The notes beneath the pieces are model-generated. The model ran no database searches. It was given only the letters and a program-made list of their open reading frames with translations, and was not told where the DNA came from. DNA of 50,941 nt, the filler included, from Jimgerdemannia flammicorona (taxonomy: Eukaryota), in assembly GCA_003990765.1 (NCBI GenBank). It is 2 parts of 2 records of this genome, joined end to end, with 100 filler letters (N's around TTAATTAATTAA, not from the genome) between each part and the next. Parts side by side here need not be neighbours in the genome. Positions count along the whole stretch, not along the records: positions 25,527 to 50,941 come from RBNJ01000835.1; 1 more part is not named here. One strand, 5' to 3'. The translations under genes and the position numbers were made by a program. This document shows positions 25,427 through 37,739 of this stretch, piece by piece; positions within the stretch are counted from its first letter, which is position 1, and the number at the start of each line of letters is the position of its first letter.

Positions 25427-25526
25427 NNNNNNNNNNNNNNNNNNNNNNNNNNNNNNNNNNNNNNNNNNNNTTAATTAATTAANNNNNNNNNNNNNNNNNN
25501 NNNNNNNNNNNNNNNNNNNNNNNNNN
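25427..25526. other. Assembly gap with artificial TTAATTAATTAA six-frame-stop linker
   Basis: 100-bp N spacer with the linker at 25471-25482. Confidence 0.98.
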
Positions 25527-25740
25527 TGGAGTACTTCTTTCTTTGAATGAAGTTTATCCCACTTGTTGCAGGTGTGGAGGTCAAATTGTCCTTGTATGTC
25601 AGGTTCAATTCTCTCCAGATTGTCAGATGGTTCAGGATAAATTCCAGTTCAGAGGTTGGGCTCTATACCAACTTGTAGGAATTCTCAGAGGGGTTTATAG
25701 TGGGGTGAGGAAGCGTCTTGAAGCAGAATTGGATTGTAAT

Positions 25741-25752
25741 CCACTGCTACCA
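25741..25752 (-). other. PBS TGGTAGCAGTGG (initiator tRNA-Met-like) of a third LTR element
   Basis: Follows ...CTTACA-ACT, the same spacer as in the gypsy copies. Resembles TGGTAGCAGAGG, the complement of a eukaryotic tRNAi-Met 3' end. Confidence 0.75.
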
Positions 25753-25755
25753 AGT

Positions 25756-27798
25756 TGTAAGAGGGTTACTTTTTAGGATAACTGTTATGTAGTTCTGGAA
25801 GGGTTTTCTGAAAGTTCTGGATATTCTGGAAGACTGTTTTCTTATGGTCAAGGTCAATTTCGTATGGAGTACGTCCTCTACACTTATTAATTTCAAGATT
25901 GGGTTGACGTCTCAACCAAAGTCCTTTTCCGGACTAGTTCTGGATGTTCAGGATTTTCCATATTTCAGGAAGTTCAGGAAACTAAGACCAGCTTAGTTGG
26001 ATTGGCATATTGCTGCAGACAATACCCAATTAGGAAATTTCGTGGCAGGGTTGGGAGTGGGACCTAACAGGGAGCGGATTTACTTAAGAGTGGTTTGTGG
26101 GTTATGGAATAGATTTATTTGCTATTCATGATATTGCTATACTAGGAGTATTTGTGTGAAGGGGTATTGTGGGGAAGTATTCAGGAATGTTCTTGTCTGT
26201 TCGAGTCTCAGATTCTGAGGTCTGGGGGAGGGGGTATTTATACTAGTGAGGGGCTATCTAGACTATGCTAGATATGGATGTAGCACTAAGTGCCTTGCTG
26301 AGTCGGAATGCAGTCACGTAGTACAAGTGTGATCTGACATGTCAAGAGATCGTCTGACTGCTGAGTCAGTTCACAGTCACGTCATACAAGGCTAATCTAT
26401 CTATACTATGACTGCTAGACTATTTATAGGTCTAGGCACTATCTGGGTAGTCTTCGATGATATCACCATCAATTGCATCATCTCTGATGAAGTAGTTGTC
26501 TAGGAAGAGTGGTTCACGGATTACTTCTCCTTGTTGGCTGAGGTAGTAATCATTGGGACTTCATCTCCGTCCCATAGGATAGCATCATCTGTCTCGTACC
26601 CTGGATAAGGTGTTGGTGGGCAAAGGATAGGTGTATTGTCTTCGCTTTCATCGGATTCACTATCTGCGTACCTTCTATAGGTTACAGCACTATGAGTCAT
26701 GGAGTTGTAGTAAGCTGGCGGCTCTGGTTCAAGTTGCTTATACTCAGGTGGTGGAGTGGTTGGTTCAATCTCGAGGGTTGTCTGGAGGTACAGATTGTGT
26801 TCTCCGGTCTCTTCATTGTAGTTGAAGTAGTCGGGGGTGAATGCAGGTTGGTATTCGTGCCAGTGGTCATTGTCCCAATAAGTCTCATATGCAGTTATGA
26901 ACTGTTGTAAGTTCATTGGCAAGGTTGGCGGAGATCCTTGGCTAGAGGTCATGTCGGTGTCAGAGGGGTCATTGTCTTCTGCTTTGTCTTCATTGAAGTG
27001 GATTATATCGTAGACATCCTTCATGGTGTATCCGACTTGAGGCATTTGCAGGATATGGTCATCGGGGTGCGGGAAAGTTCTGTCTGTGGTTTCGACATAC
27101 TCGAGGTACTTGTGGTTGATTTCTTGTATCATGTCATCGATTTGGCCATAGGACAGAGTAGCAACCATTTCGCTGATAGTGACTCGGAGGTGGGGAATAA
27201 AGGTGTTGTACTCATAGAAGAGATCTCAATGTTTGTAGGTGATGAGCTTCTGGTGTTGAGACAGCTGGGTAATGTCTGTATCATGGTGGTGTTCGACCAT
27301 GTCTTCCAGGAGGCGGCCAATCTGGTAGTAGCTTGAGATTTGTCCGATTCGGTGTGCCTCGCTAAGCATGTTCAGGGCGTTCCATCGGGCTTCCACAAAG
27401 TAGAGGGGTGCTAGGCTATGGATATTCATGAGGGGCAGAGGGGGTGTGGCTCGGTTGACAATGGCATTTCAAATGTCAGCGCGGATGCGGTTGTAGATCT
27501 CAGTGGTCATGTTGGTGTGTTTGGAAGTTGTGGTTGTTGTTTGTTTTGGTTTTCTGATTCGACGCATCTCGGTGCTCAGTATATATGCATTTGGTCCTAA
27601 TTGGTAAGGTTCCGTTTGTGTAGATCTTGTGTTCCATGACTTTGTATTGACTCAGCTTTGTGCGCTGTGACTTCGGTTTGACTCAGCTTCGTGATCAAGC
27701 AGGTGATTTCCAGATTTGTTCGGAGGTCGCATGTGATTTCAGTGGCTTGTTCAGAGGGTGATGTGTAATTTTGGTGGCTTGGAGGTTGTGCGCTTACA
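25756..27798 (-). repeat. Probable 2043-bp 5' LTR of a third LTR retrotransposon (internal part runs into the gap)
   Basis: Inverted termini TGTAAG...CTTACA, adjacent PBS, TATAAATACCCC at ~26231-26242. Sharp composition change at 27798. Partner LTR is not in the window. Confidence 0.75.
26521..27510 (-). pseudogene. 329-aa ORF inside the LTR: ORF3-like N-terminal domain plus acidic/Pro/Tyr-rich C-terminus
   Basis: ATG at 27510 and ORFs 27226-27429 and 26521-27168 are all in one frame. Interrupted by only two TGA codons, probably CGA>TGA. Confidence 0.8.
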
Positions 27799-28033
27799 AA
27801 AAGCTATATACAGAATCTAGATATTGTATATATCTATACAAATACTAATTGATCAGTAATTGATCAGTAGTTTGAAATGTCAAAAAGAGTATATAAATCC
27901 TTAAGTAAGTATATTAGTTTGTTGATGAGGGTTTTTGTACTTATGAGAGATTTATTAGAATGAAGGAATGGGGTTGTACTAGATACTTTTAGCCTTGTCT
28001 GGTCTTGGTGACAGCCTCATTCTTATATAAGAT

Positions 28034-28036
<3 letters not shown>

Positions 28037-28111
<75 letters not shown>

Positions 28112-28183
28112 GTCACTTGGACTCCATTCCTTTATTAATATCCATCTATCCTATATAAATACAGTAATCCCACCCCCTATCCA
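28037..28183 (-). mobile_element. 5'-truncated LINE family 2 stub (3'UTR + long poly(A))
   Basis: Reverse complement ...ATTAATAAAGGAAT..AGTCCAAG.GACTAT(A)n matches the LINE 3' end at 44190-44236. Confidence 0.85.
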
Positions 28184-28701
28184 ATTAATAAGATATCATC
28201 ATGATATATATATTATAGACTATATAGGGAGTTAGCTAATCTTAGATATTAAGTATTAGTATAAGTTATCTGTAGGTTATTGGTACTTGTGGTGGAGCTC
28301 TCTAAGCTTTGATAAGCTTTCTAGCAAATATAGTTCTGATATAAATAACTGTTTTTTAAATAGTATTAGAATAAGAGAGAAGATAGACATTACAGATAAA
28401 AGGAAGAGTAATAATAGTGAACCAGTCAGATGCCAGACTGGGAGTAGTCATTGGGGTTGAAATAGACATTATCTCAATAGAGCTCTTTAGTTGGCTAATA
28501 TAAAGTAGAGTAATATAGTAACTGATATTCTGACTATACTCAACTTAAACTAAGAGCTGACAAGATAATGCAATTGAGGTCTATTAACTTAAAAGTAGAA
28601 TCTTTCTTATTTGGTAGTACTTAACTAGAACTGAGAGCTAATATAGTAATATAATTGAGGTCTGCAGACTCAGGAAGTGGGAGTGGTTTCATTTTAGGGG
28701 G

Positions 28702-31700
28702 TTTTTTTTTTTTTTCAATTGACTTTAAAGTTCTACAGATTTTAATTAAAAGAGAACCTAGACTATATAGGCCAAAACCCTTCTCTTCTACTTCTCAAGC
28801 ACTATACTTCTATTAAATTTAGACTAGCTATTATTTAGCAGTTTGATCATACTAGATACAGTAGGACTTAAGATAGTCTATACCTCATTCTGTGTATCAT
28901 ACTCTTTCTACTATCAGAGAGTAAGCAAATATATATTAATAACTAAAGATATATATCTGAAATCTCAATATATATATAAGACTATATGTACTTAAGCTAA
29001 TTTATATAGCCTCTACCATCTCAAGAAAAGAGACAGATAAAGAAAAATCTCTCTCAAAGTACAGAATAATAGATAGAATCTAGTTCTCTCTAATGAGATA
29101 AGTAGAGAACTTATATATGAGATAAGAGGAGACCTCTAATACTCTACTACTCAAGCCTATAAGCCTTAATTATATTACTATATCAGCTCTTAGTTTTAGT
29201 TAAGTATAGCTAAAATATCTAATCCAGATAGCCTCAGACCTCTCTGACTATTTCCAATAACTAAGATTCAACTCTACATATTGCCAAAAGCAGCCAAGAT
29301 TAATACCTACTATCTAATTACTCTATATCAATCAGAAGACCTACTGATATAGCATCTACTCTTGTTCTAATGACTATTACCAGTCTGATACTTAACTGGT
29401 TTACTATTATTACTCTTTCTCTTATTTATGATAGCCATCTCTCCTTTTTATCTAATTTTACTTAAAAAATAGTTATCTATATCAGAACTATACTTGCTAA
29501 GAAGTTTGTCAAAGCTATGAAGGCCCCATTATAGATACTGAAAACCTATAGATAATTTATACTAGTACTTGATATCCAAGATCAGCTGACTTCTTATGTA
29601 GTTTGTGATATACTAAGACAATACTTTATTGATAATAGCAAAAGAAAAAAGGTGCTGTACTAAAACAGATATATTCCAGAAATAGTCAGAGATATTAAAA
29701 ACTATAAAAAAGTAGAGAAGACACTGATTTGATACCAATAAAGGGACAACTCATCACTATTGCCTCACTTGGCTCAAACTGCCTAGAGCAAGCTAAGTCA
29801 CACAAATATCTTTCAGTAAAAGACAACATGATTTCAAGTTTTTATTTCAAACATACTGGTGTACATCATGCGGCAGGAGTCTATCTACAAGGCACAATAA
29901 GTTTCAGAGAAAACCATCAAGTTTTGATAACATGGCTAGTCAAGATCCCTCTAGCTCTGAGCATCTGGAGAGAAGGAGGCCTGGTCTGTGTATTCTCAAG
30001 AGCTTTGCAGCTATTGCAGAGGCTGGTATAGCTGCAAGAGGGGCTGGTGGTCAGGAGAGGTCTGGTGGAATTGAGACTTAGCATACTGTGGTTGGAAACA
30101 GGAGAGCTGCAGCCAGGCCCTTGGGGGTGGGGCAGGGGGGACATAGTGTTGACAGGGAGAGGGGTCAGGTGATGGGTCAGGTGATAGGTCAGGTGGCTGG
30201 AAGGGGACAGGGGTCTGGTGGTGTGATACTGGAGACTGGTTCTTCTGTAGCTGGACTAGTGGCTGGGGAGAGGACTGCTGGTGGCATAGCTGTGACTGGT
30301 GAGGTGACCACTGGTGTTTTTGAGACCAAGGAGAAGGTGACTCTGATAGCTGGAATGAGTAAGTTGGTGGTGAGGCCCTTCTTTCACAAATCAGTATTGA
30401 CATGGGTAATTTTGGTAAATTTCTTGGGATTGGCAATATCAGCTAGAGAGGTTCTGAGGCTGGTGGAGAAGGAAGTGGCTGGGGCAGAATCCTTGAAGTT
30501 TATCCCTTCAGCGCAAGCAGTGGAGATTTGATTTGTGAAGGAGAATGCAATAGTAAAAGCGCTGGAAAAAGGGTTGATGGTCAAGGGTGTCTGGATTGGG
30601 ATGGCAAGATGTTTGAGGTGGGACCTGTGAGCAGTTCAACTGGTGGTGGAGGGTTTGCTTACTCTGGGCAGATAGGAGACCAAGGAGATGGTGGTAGAGG
30701 TGCTGGATGGCTATGGTAAGATGGTGGATTTTGGGTTCATATTCTGGGAGAGCACCAAATTGAGGAATGGTAACTGCAAGATGATGCTGTGACTGGAAGG
30801 CAAAGAGGTGACTGGTCTGGGATGAGATTGGCCTGAGGGGATTCGAATTGGAGAGCAAGAGTGCAAGGTATGGAAGAGGAAGGGGGTGGAACAGGAGGAG
30901 GAAGAGTTGGCAATTGCTCTGGAGGAGAGAGAGGCTGCAAAGGAGTTGCAAAAGAGGAAGTGGGAAGAGTTTGCCAAAGATTGGGTCTGGATTCAGATAG
31001 ATGGCAAGCAGAAGAGATGAAGGAAAGGAAATTGGGAGTACCTGCAGGTGGCCCTTCAGGGGGCAGCAGTGGAAGAAGAGGCAAGAGTAGGTAGCTAAGA
31101 ATCAGATAGAGGGCATGGAAGTGGCAGAGGTGTCTTTCTTCCAGCTGGGTGGTGTGGAGAGCTCAGCACATGCACCAGTGAGAGGAAAGTGGGCAGATAA
31201 GGAGAAGGTGGGAGATGGAGGCTTTGATGCAGATATTGAAGTAGTGCTGGAGATGCAGGTTGAGGACACCCATATGGCTGGGGTGGTGAATGTTCATTGG
31301 GAGTGCCCTGAGGCTGGTGAGGTGGTACATTTGGAGAAGGTTGCAGAGGAGAATGAGCTGGTAGATATAGCTTTGGATGTGTTGGCAGATAGGGAGCAAC
31401 TACAGGAGCTGAGCAGGACCCCCAGACCATCAACTCCTGGGCCCCTGGTGATGATGGCAAAGAGCTGGTATCAGGCAGTGCTTGAGGAACTTACTGAGGA
31501 AGACATCAAGGAAGTGGACATATTTCATAGATCTCAGGAGGTATGGGAGAGATTTCTCAATATTGCAATGTAGAGGCCTAAGCTAGTAACAGCAATAGTT
31601 GCAGCTCTTCTGGATGATAAAGGATATGATGTTGATGAGAGCAGGATGACAGACATAAGGAAGGTAGCAGCAGAAAGAGTGGATCTTTTCTGCAGTAGTG

Positions 31701-34700
31701 TGAATGGTGATTGAATCTGGAGGGCAATTTGTGAGGACCAGTGCGAGATCATTAGAGAAAGGGCTGAGAAAGTGGTGGTGGTCCCAGCTGAGCTTTAAAC
31801 ATTTCTTTGATGATGATGAACAGTTTATTCATCTTATTGATCAATGTCAATAGATTGCATGATAGTGTTAAGAGGTAGAGGCTGTTTCGATGGCTTAAAG
31901 TCAGAAGATATGATATTGTTTTTCATCAGGATGTTTGGGCATATAGAGAGCAGGACTTTGAGGTATGGAGTAAAGAGTGGTATGGTGGAACAGGTTGGAA
32001 CAAGCAGGTGGGCATCCTGGTTGGTATGGGTAAAGGTGAGCTGGTGGAGATTAAGATGTATAGTGATAGATTGGTGTAGAGAAGGCTAAAAGGAGGGGCA
32101 GGTGATGGTCTAGCAGTAGGCTTGGTTTATCTCCCTGCAGTTAGCAGAAAGCAAAAGCAATGAGTTGAGAACTGGTGGGCTTGGGAAGGTCAGGAGGTGG
32201 TTACACTGGACATTCTGGAGGGGGATTTCAATATAGTATATGATTAGACACTAGACAGGTCAGATGGAGGGGCAGGTGCAGCAGTATCTCCTGGGCTATC
32301 TCAGTGGCTTCAGGTGGAATATGATATGGGGCTGGTGGATGGCATCCATCAGCAGCAGGGAGATGAGTCAGGACCATTTACCCAGTGGCACCTAGTTGGT
32401 AATAGATTGGTCAGAACATGAATTAATTGGGTGCTGGTAGCTGAGTGTTGGGGTAATGTACTAGATGTTGCTGAGGTACATTGGTGCCCTTGGTCAGATC
32501 ATTGAGGAGTGGAGGTATGTGGCAGATTCCAAGCAGCAAACTGTGGTGGTAGGTGCTGGCATCTCAATGTGGCTTTACTCAGAAGGAAGAAGGAGAGAGA
32601 TCGGTTTGTAGACATTGTGCAACAGGAAGTAATATGGTAGTAGAATAATGGGCAGTTAATAGCAGAATGGTGGGGTAAATTCAAACATTTGGCTGGTGCT
32701 TACTAGTGAGATGTTGGTGAAGTAGCTGGGAAGGAGCAGAAGGATAAGACAAGGAGGGTCAAAAAGGGGCTGAGGTGGTGATTGAAGCTACTGGAAGGGG
32801 GGAACCTGTCTGGAGAGAAGTACTACTAGCTGGCAGTGGAGGTAGTGGAGCTACAGACTGAATTGAGGGCTGCTAAGAATAGGGCAGTAGATGGCCTACT
32901 TACCAGACTATGGGTGAGGTGGGTGGAGGAAGGTGAGAGACCAACTAAATACCTGTCTGGAATCTTGAAGGCCAGAAGGGTGTGACACAGCTGGGTCTCA
33001 GTACTGCACAAGGATGGAATGGAGGTCACAGAGATTGCTGATATATTGGGAGAGGTCTCAGGACAATAGCAGGCTCTCTGGCAGGATGGAGGGGGGCATG
33101 CAGAGAATGTAGTGCTTGGGGAGAATGATGGCAATATGGTGGACACTTGGCCAGTAGCAGTGGTACCTGAGATAGGGGGGGCAGTGATGGGTGAAGTATC
33201 TTTGAATGAAGTTTTGGAGGTATTCCAGAAGACACAGACTGGTTTGTCACCTGGGGAGGATGGGTTGCCCTGGGAATTCTGGAAGGAGTTCAAGGCAGAG
33301 TTTGGTGGCTGGTTGGTGGAGATGGCCAACTTTGTTCTGAAGGAGAGCAGCTGGATAGACAATGGTTCCTGGGGATTAGTTTCTCTTCTACATATATAAG
33401 AAAAAGGATAATTAGTGGGTGTGGCAGAATTGGCAATCTATTATGCTGCTGAATGTGGATAGAAAGATGGTTTCAAAGATTCTAGCAGAAAGGACGCAGC
33501 AGTATATGGGCAGGCTGATTGGTGAGGAGCAGTGAGGCTTTGTCAAAGGAAGGCAGATCAGAGATAGTACAGCTTGGGTGCAGAATGTCTTAGAAAGCTA
33601 TAGAAGCTGGCAGGTGGATGGTAGGATGGTTTTCCTGGACCAAAAGAAGGCCTATGACAGAGTGCAGTAGATCTACTTAGAGGCTCTTCTGAGGAAGGTT
33701 GGATTTGGAGCAGCAGAAGTAGAGAGATTAATGGGCTTGATATAGGGATACAGAGCAGCAGTTATGATGAATGGATGGAGTAGCCTGGAGTTTGCTTTGG
33801 GGCATAGTGTGCCATAGAGGGATTCTCTCTCTCCACTCCTTTATATACTCTCTCTGGAGCCATTACTGGTATAGCTGAAGGGACAGCTTTCTGGACTGCA
33901 AATGGGTGGTGTAGTATGGAAGCTAGGTGCTTTTGCAGATAATATGGTGGTTGGATTAGGTAGCATGGAAGACATAGACCTCTTGTAGAAAGGGGTTGGA
34001 CAGTATGAGAGACTGGTGTGGGCAAAACTGAATTGGAGCAAGAGATAATAGAACTTGGTACCAGTCTGGGGGAACATAGACAATTTGGACAATTGGTGGC
34101 TACTAGTAGTGCTGTTTGGTATCTGGGTATTTGGTTCTCAGTATATGGGACAGTTCTGCCAAAGAAGTAGTGGAGTGGTATAATTCAGAAGTTGGAAGAT
34201 ACTTTAACTAGTTGGTCTGAGAGGAGTTTCTCCTTGATAGGCAGGATTATAGCCTTGAATGTATATTGGCTGCCTAAATTATGGTATTTAGGGTATCACT
34301 TAGACTTTCTGAGATGGGTAGTGCAGTGGTTGAAGAAGATTGTAGAAGGCTGGTTATGATATGGGAAGCAGCTACAGATTGGGTGGGATGCATTGGTGAT
34401 GTAGATGACTGATGGCGGCCTAGGGTTGGTGGACTTCAGGTAAAGACTGAAGGTACTTAGGGGTTGGTGGGGGTACTGATTGGCTGAAATAGATAAAGGG
34501 GGCTGGGGCAGGCTGGCAATGGACAATTGGGAGATTCAGTTCTGCCCCTATGGTAAGGTTTGGAAGGATATATGGGGTTTGCTTCAAGTTGGAAATGTCA
34601 GTCGACTGCAGTATAAGGAATTCTGGTGGAGCATGGTGGAGGCCTGGCTAGCTATGGGGTTGGCAGGGCCAGAGATGGAGGATGATAAGGATTCTGAGCA

Positions 34701-35566
34701 GAGATGGTGGCATTTGGGGGAACTCTATATTAGTGATCATAGTCTGAAGGAGTACTCATTGGTTGAGGTGATGGAATGGATCAGGCCTGGCCCTCTAGAG
34801 AGATAGCTGACAGGTTGGCAGAAGGCAGGATTGGGTGAAGGCTGGGAGTGGGGCAGAATCTAGAGTTGGGGAGATATCTTACTCAAGGTAGTACCCCCTA
34901 AGTACTGGGTTATATAGTGGCACTTTCTGAGAAAGAATGTGATATTGGGGTATCAGATAGGATAGATGGAGGTAGATGGCTGTTGGGACTACAAGTGGTG
35001 CAGTGAGATAGATAGTGGGGTGGTTCAGTCACTAGAGCATATTCTGGCAGCCTGCCCTGGTATAGAAGGGTTCTGACAGTGCTTGGAAGATTACTGGCAT
35101 ACTGCTGGCAGAAGGACAGAGGATTCTGTCAGTCTGGTAGTCAAGTGCCAGCTGGTGGGAGAGATAGAAGATGTCTGGGGTAGCCTAGGTCGAGTCCTGG
35201 GGGTCTGGGTTCTGATGGCAGTACATTAGAGATGGGTGTTTGAGTGAGACCCATGGTTAGAGATTGGTGAGCTGGTGGAGCAGTGAAAGTGGCTTCTTTG
35301 GGAGGTAGTATAAGGGTGGTGATATCAGGGGAGGTGGCTTCAGCCAGAGACCTTGTGGAAGGTACAGGATATTATTCAGCAGAGTTGAGGACACCTGGTA
35401 TTGGATGAGTATGGGATCAGATAGAAGGAAGGAGTTGGGTGACTGACCCTATCTAAATATGATATGTTACTATAGCAGTTGTGGTTAATTTTCTTGTAAT
35501 AGTGTTTTAGATAGTTTGAATAAAGAAGTCCAAGTAACTGTAAAAAAAAAAAAAAAAAAAAAAAAA

Positions 35567-35600
<34 letters not shown>

Positions 35601-35740
35601 ATTACCTCACTTTTACTATTCTATAATAGATATAATAAACCAACCTAAGGTAGAGGTGAAGTATAAGTTATAGAAAAGAAACTTAAAAGATTATCTACTA
35701 AATCTTATAACTGATAAGATAGTAGAGAAAGAAGTAGTCT
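28702..35740 (-). mobile_element. Retroposon X, copy 2 (pieces ~35740-35613 and 29770-28702; ~1.2 kb)
   Basis: Reverse complement aligns with 44262-45143 across the LINE insertion. Poly(A) seen as a T-run at 28702-28715. Confidence 0.7.
29771..35597 (+). mobile_element. Full-length degenerate LINE (family 1)
   Basis: 15-bp TSD ACTATT(G/A)CCTCACTT (29756-29770 and 35598-35612). ORF1, APE (INVN, GDFN, WSDH), RT (SPGEDGLP, LDQKKAYD, AFADN), C-terminal zinc finger and poly(A). Confidence 0.95.
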
Positions 35741-36167
35741 TTTCAGGCCTTAGCTTATGTATAAGTTCTTTTGAGAGGATCTCATATATAAGTCTTTTAC
35801 TTACTCACTATAAATCTATTCTACTTCTTATTGGTTAGTTGAAGGGTTTTTCTTTTACCTCTGACTTTTATTTGAAAGTTAGAAAGATTATATTGTTTAG
35901 TCTTAGTATTACTAAATTTAATATATAGATGTACTCTTATAGTATTATTTAAATAATAATCTAGTCCTAGTAAACAGATAAGTCTGATCTATATAGTAGA
36001 GGTCAGTATAGTCTATATAGCTGAAATAATGAGACTGTAGATTCTTTCTATAGCCTAAGGACAATATGGGAATAGTGCTTGTGGGGGAGAGGATGGAGGA
36101 GAGTTTTGGCCTATATAGTCCAGGTTCTCTTCTAATAAAAATCCACAAGACATAGAGTCTATTAATG

Positions 36168-36251
<84 letters not shown>

Positions 36252-36269
36252 CTAGTATGATAAAGTATA

Positions 36270-36402
36270 TTAAATTTGGACATATTTTCAGTGAGTTATT
36301 ATATTTTAAATTTGAGATAAATATTTCAAATTGAATTGAACTCCAATTCAATTCAATTGAATCAAATCAGGACTCAATTTGATTCTTTATTTGGGAGCAC
36401 TA
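36270..36402. mobile_element. Right half of a related hAT-type MITE
   Basis: Similar to 19035-19192 (GAGTTATTATATTT, AATTC repeats). Ends TTTGGGAGCACTA, complementary to the left TIR at 18904. Confidence 0.65.
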
Positions 36403-37062
36403 ATCTTGACACCATGGTAAGTTATTATAAATAACTGAGAGACCTTATATACAACAAGGAGCACAATATGAGACAAAGTCCATATAAGTAAGAAAATAGA
36501 AGCAACGATTGAGAAAGAAAGAAAAAACTAGATCCAAGGTTTCTGCGCTGCGGCTGCAGGCTGCTGCGGCTATTGAACAGTTCTAAGATTATATGCCTTG
36601 TTAGCTAAGTAATGTGTATCTGGCCACTTATGCCGGCCACTTGGGTCTGTGACTGTTGCCGCGATGCATTAGAGTGAAAAAAAAAAAAAAGGAGATGCAT
36701 TAGAGAGGATAACCTTCCGGTTCGATTCAGTCTCCAACACGTATCCGGCTCCGCACCATCAGATGACTGACGCCACCATGTACCCTGTCCAAAGAGATGC
36801 CAAATTTAAACATAGATTATCAAATTGACGGTCAACCCTAGTTAGAGGTGATGTGGGAACTCCATGGATATACTTACGTGATGGCACCCGTTTTGTTTAT
36901 GGCTAATCTGGTTTGTGTTGCATAGTAAGTAATTACATAATGTTCAGTACTTTTGCGTTTTTGGGACCAGGTGTTCTCGTGCAACTACTGCGGCATGAAC
37001 TCAGTGTCGAATAAATACGTAGGTGCGCTCTCCTAATCCTACGTCTTCATTTCCAACAAACG

Positions 37063-37207
37063 ATGTTTCTCACAAGCGTTCTAGTCTTGGTGCTATCCAT
37101 TTGCACTTTATCGGCTGCACAATATCAATATATTTATGTTGCATTTTACGATTACTACAACAAATTTGTAACCGTGCAGGCAAATTATGCTACCTGCTAC
37201 TCGTCAG
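37063..37207 (+). CDS. Exon 1 of a host gene for a predicted 195-aa type I membrane protein (signal peptide)
   Basis: Encodes MFLTSVLVLVLSICTLSAAQYQYIYVAFYDYYNKFVTVQANYATCYSS. The donor CAG|GCAAGT joins in frame to exon 2. Unmutated CpG-rich DNA. Confidence 0.8.
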
Positions 37208-37296
37208 GCAAGTAATTTTAGTCGTAAATTGAACGTTTTTTATGCTCAACATTAATTTTTTTTTTTTTTTTATTTAAAAAAAAAAAAAAAAAACAG

Positions 37297-37739
37297 TACC
37301 CGTCGTCGTCACCGTTGTTGTAACAAACGACCCAACCGCAGTAATATATTTTTACGGCGATCAACGTTGTTCGCAACCCATGTATTATACTGTAGGGAAC
37401 AATGTCCAGATCACTGCGCAATTTACCTACCGGTCGTGGGCATACGTCGGGGACGTCGCGGTGGCACCCAGCAGTTCCACCTTTCGCAGTCCCCAGCCTT
37501 ACATTACTAGTGCTACATCATTAGGAAGCATTCAAACCCCTACCGCGTCGGCGCCCGCCGTCACGGTCACGGCCACGGCCACGGGTACACTTACACCGAT
37601 AACTCCAACCTCGACGCCGGTTTGCCTTGGTATGCAAGAGGCAGGATGTGCCGGTGTATTAACAGCAATTATCGGTGGCATTGTTTCAATTACTGTGGCC
37701 ATTATAACATTCATGTGTAAAAGGAATAAAGGCGAATAA
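37297..37739 (+). CDS. Exon 2: ectodomain, Ser/Thr/Pro stalk, TM helix, short basic tail
   Basis: CAG acceptor ends at 37296. Open frame through the ORF 37380-37739. TM segment GVLTAIIGGIVSITVAIITFMC followed by KRNKGE*. Confidence 0.85.

Larger units (their letters stand above)
28184..36249 (+). mobile_element. Unclassified poly(A) retroposon X, copy 1 (pieces 28184-28701 and ~35745-36249)
   Basis: 28184-28680 aligns with 44530-45140. 35770-36170 aligns with the reverse complement of 29140-28716 and ends in a long poly(A). Confidence 0.65.

Noticed and set aside
25471..25482. TTAATTAATTAA palindrome inside Ns
   Set aside because: Artificial scaffold linker. Adjacency across the gap is also not guaranteed.
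25659..25678. Second PBS-like TACA-AGT-TGGTATAGAGC downstream of the first PBS
   Set aside because: No associated LTR, and the gap prevents evaluation. Could be chance.
35945..36351. Poly-Phe ORFs
   Set aside because: Translation of a retroposon poly(A) tail.
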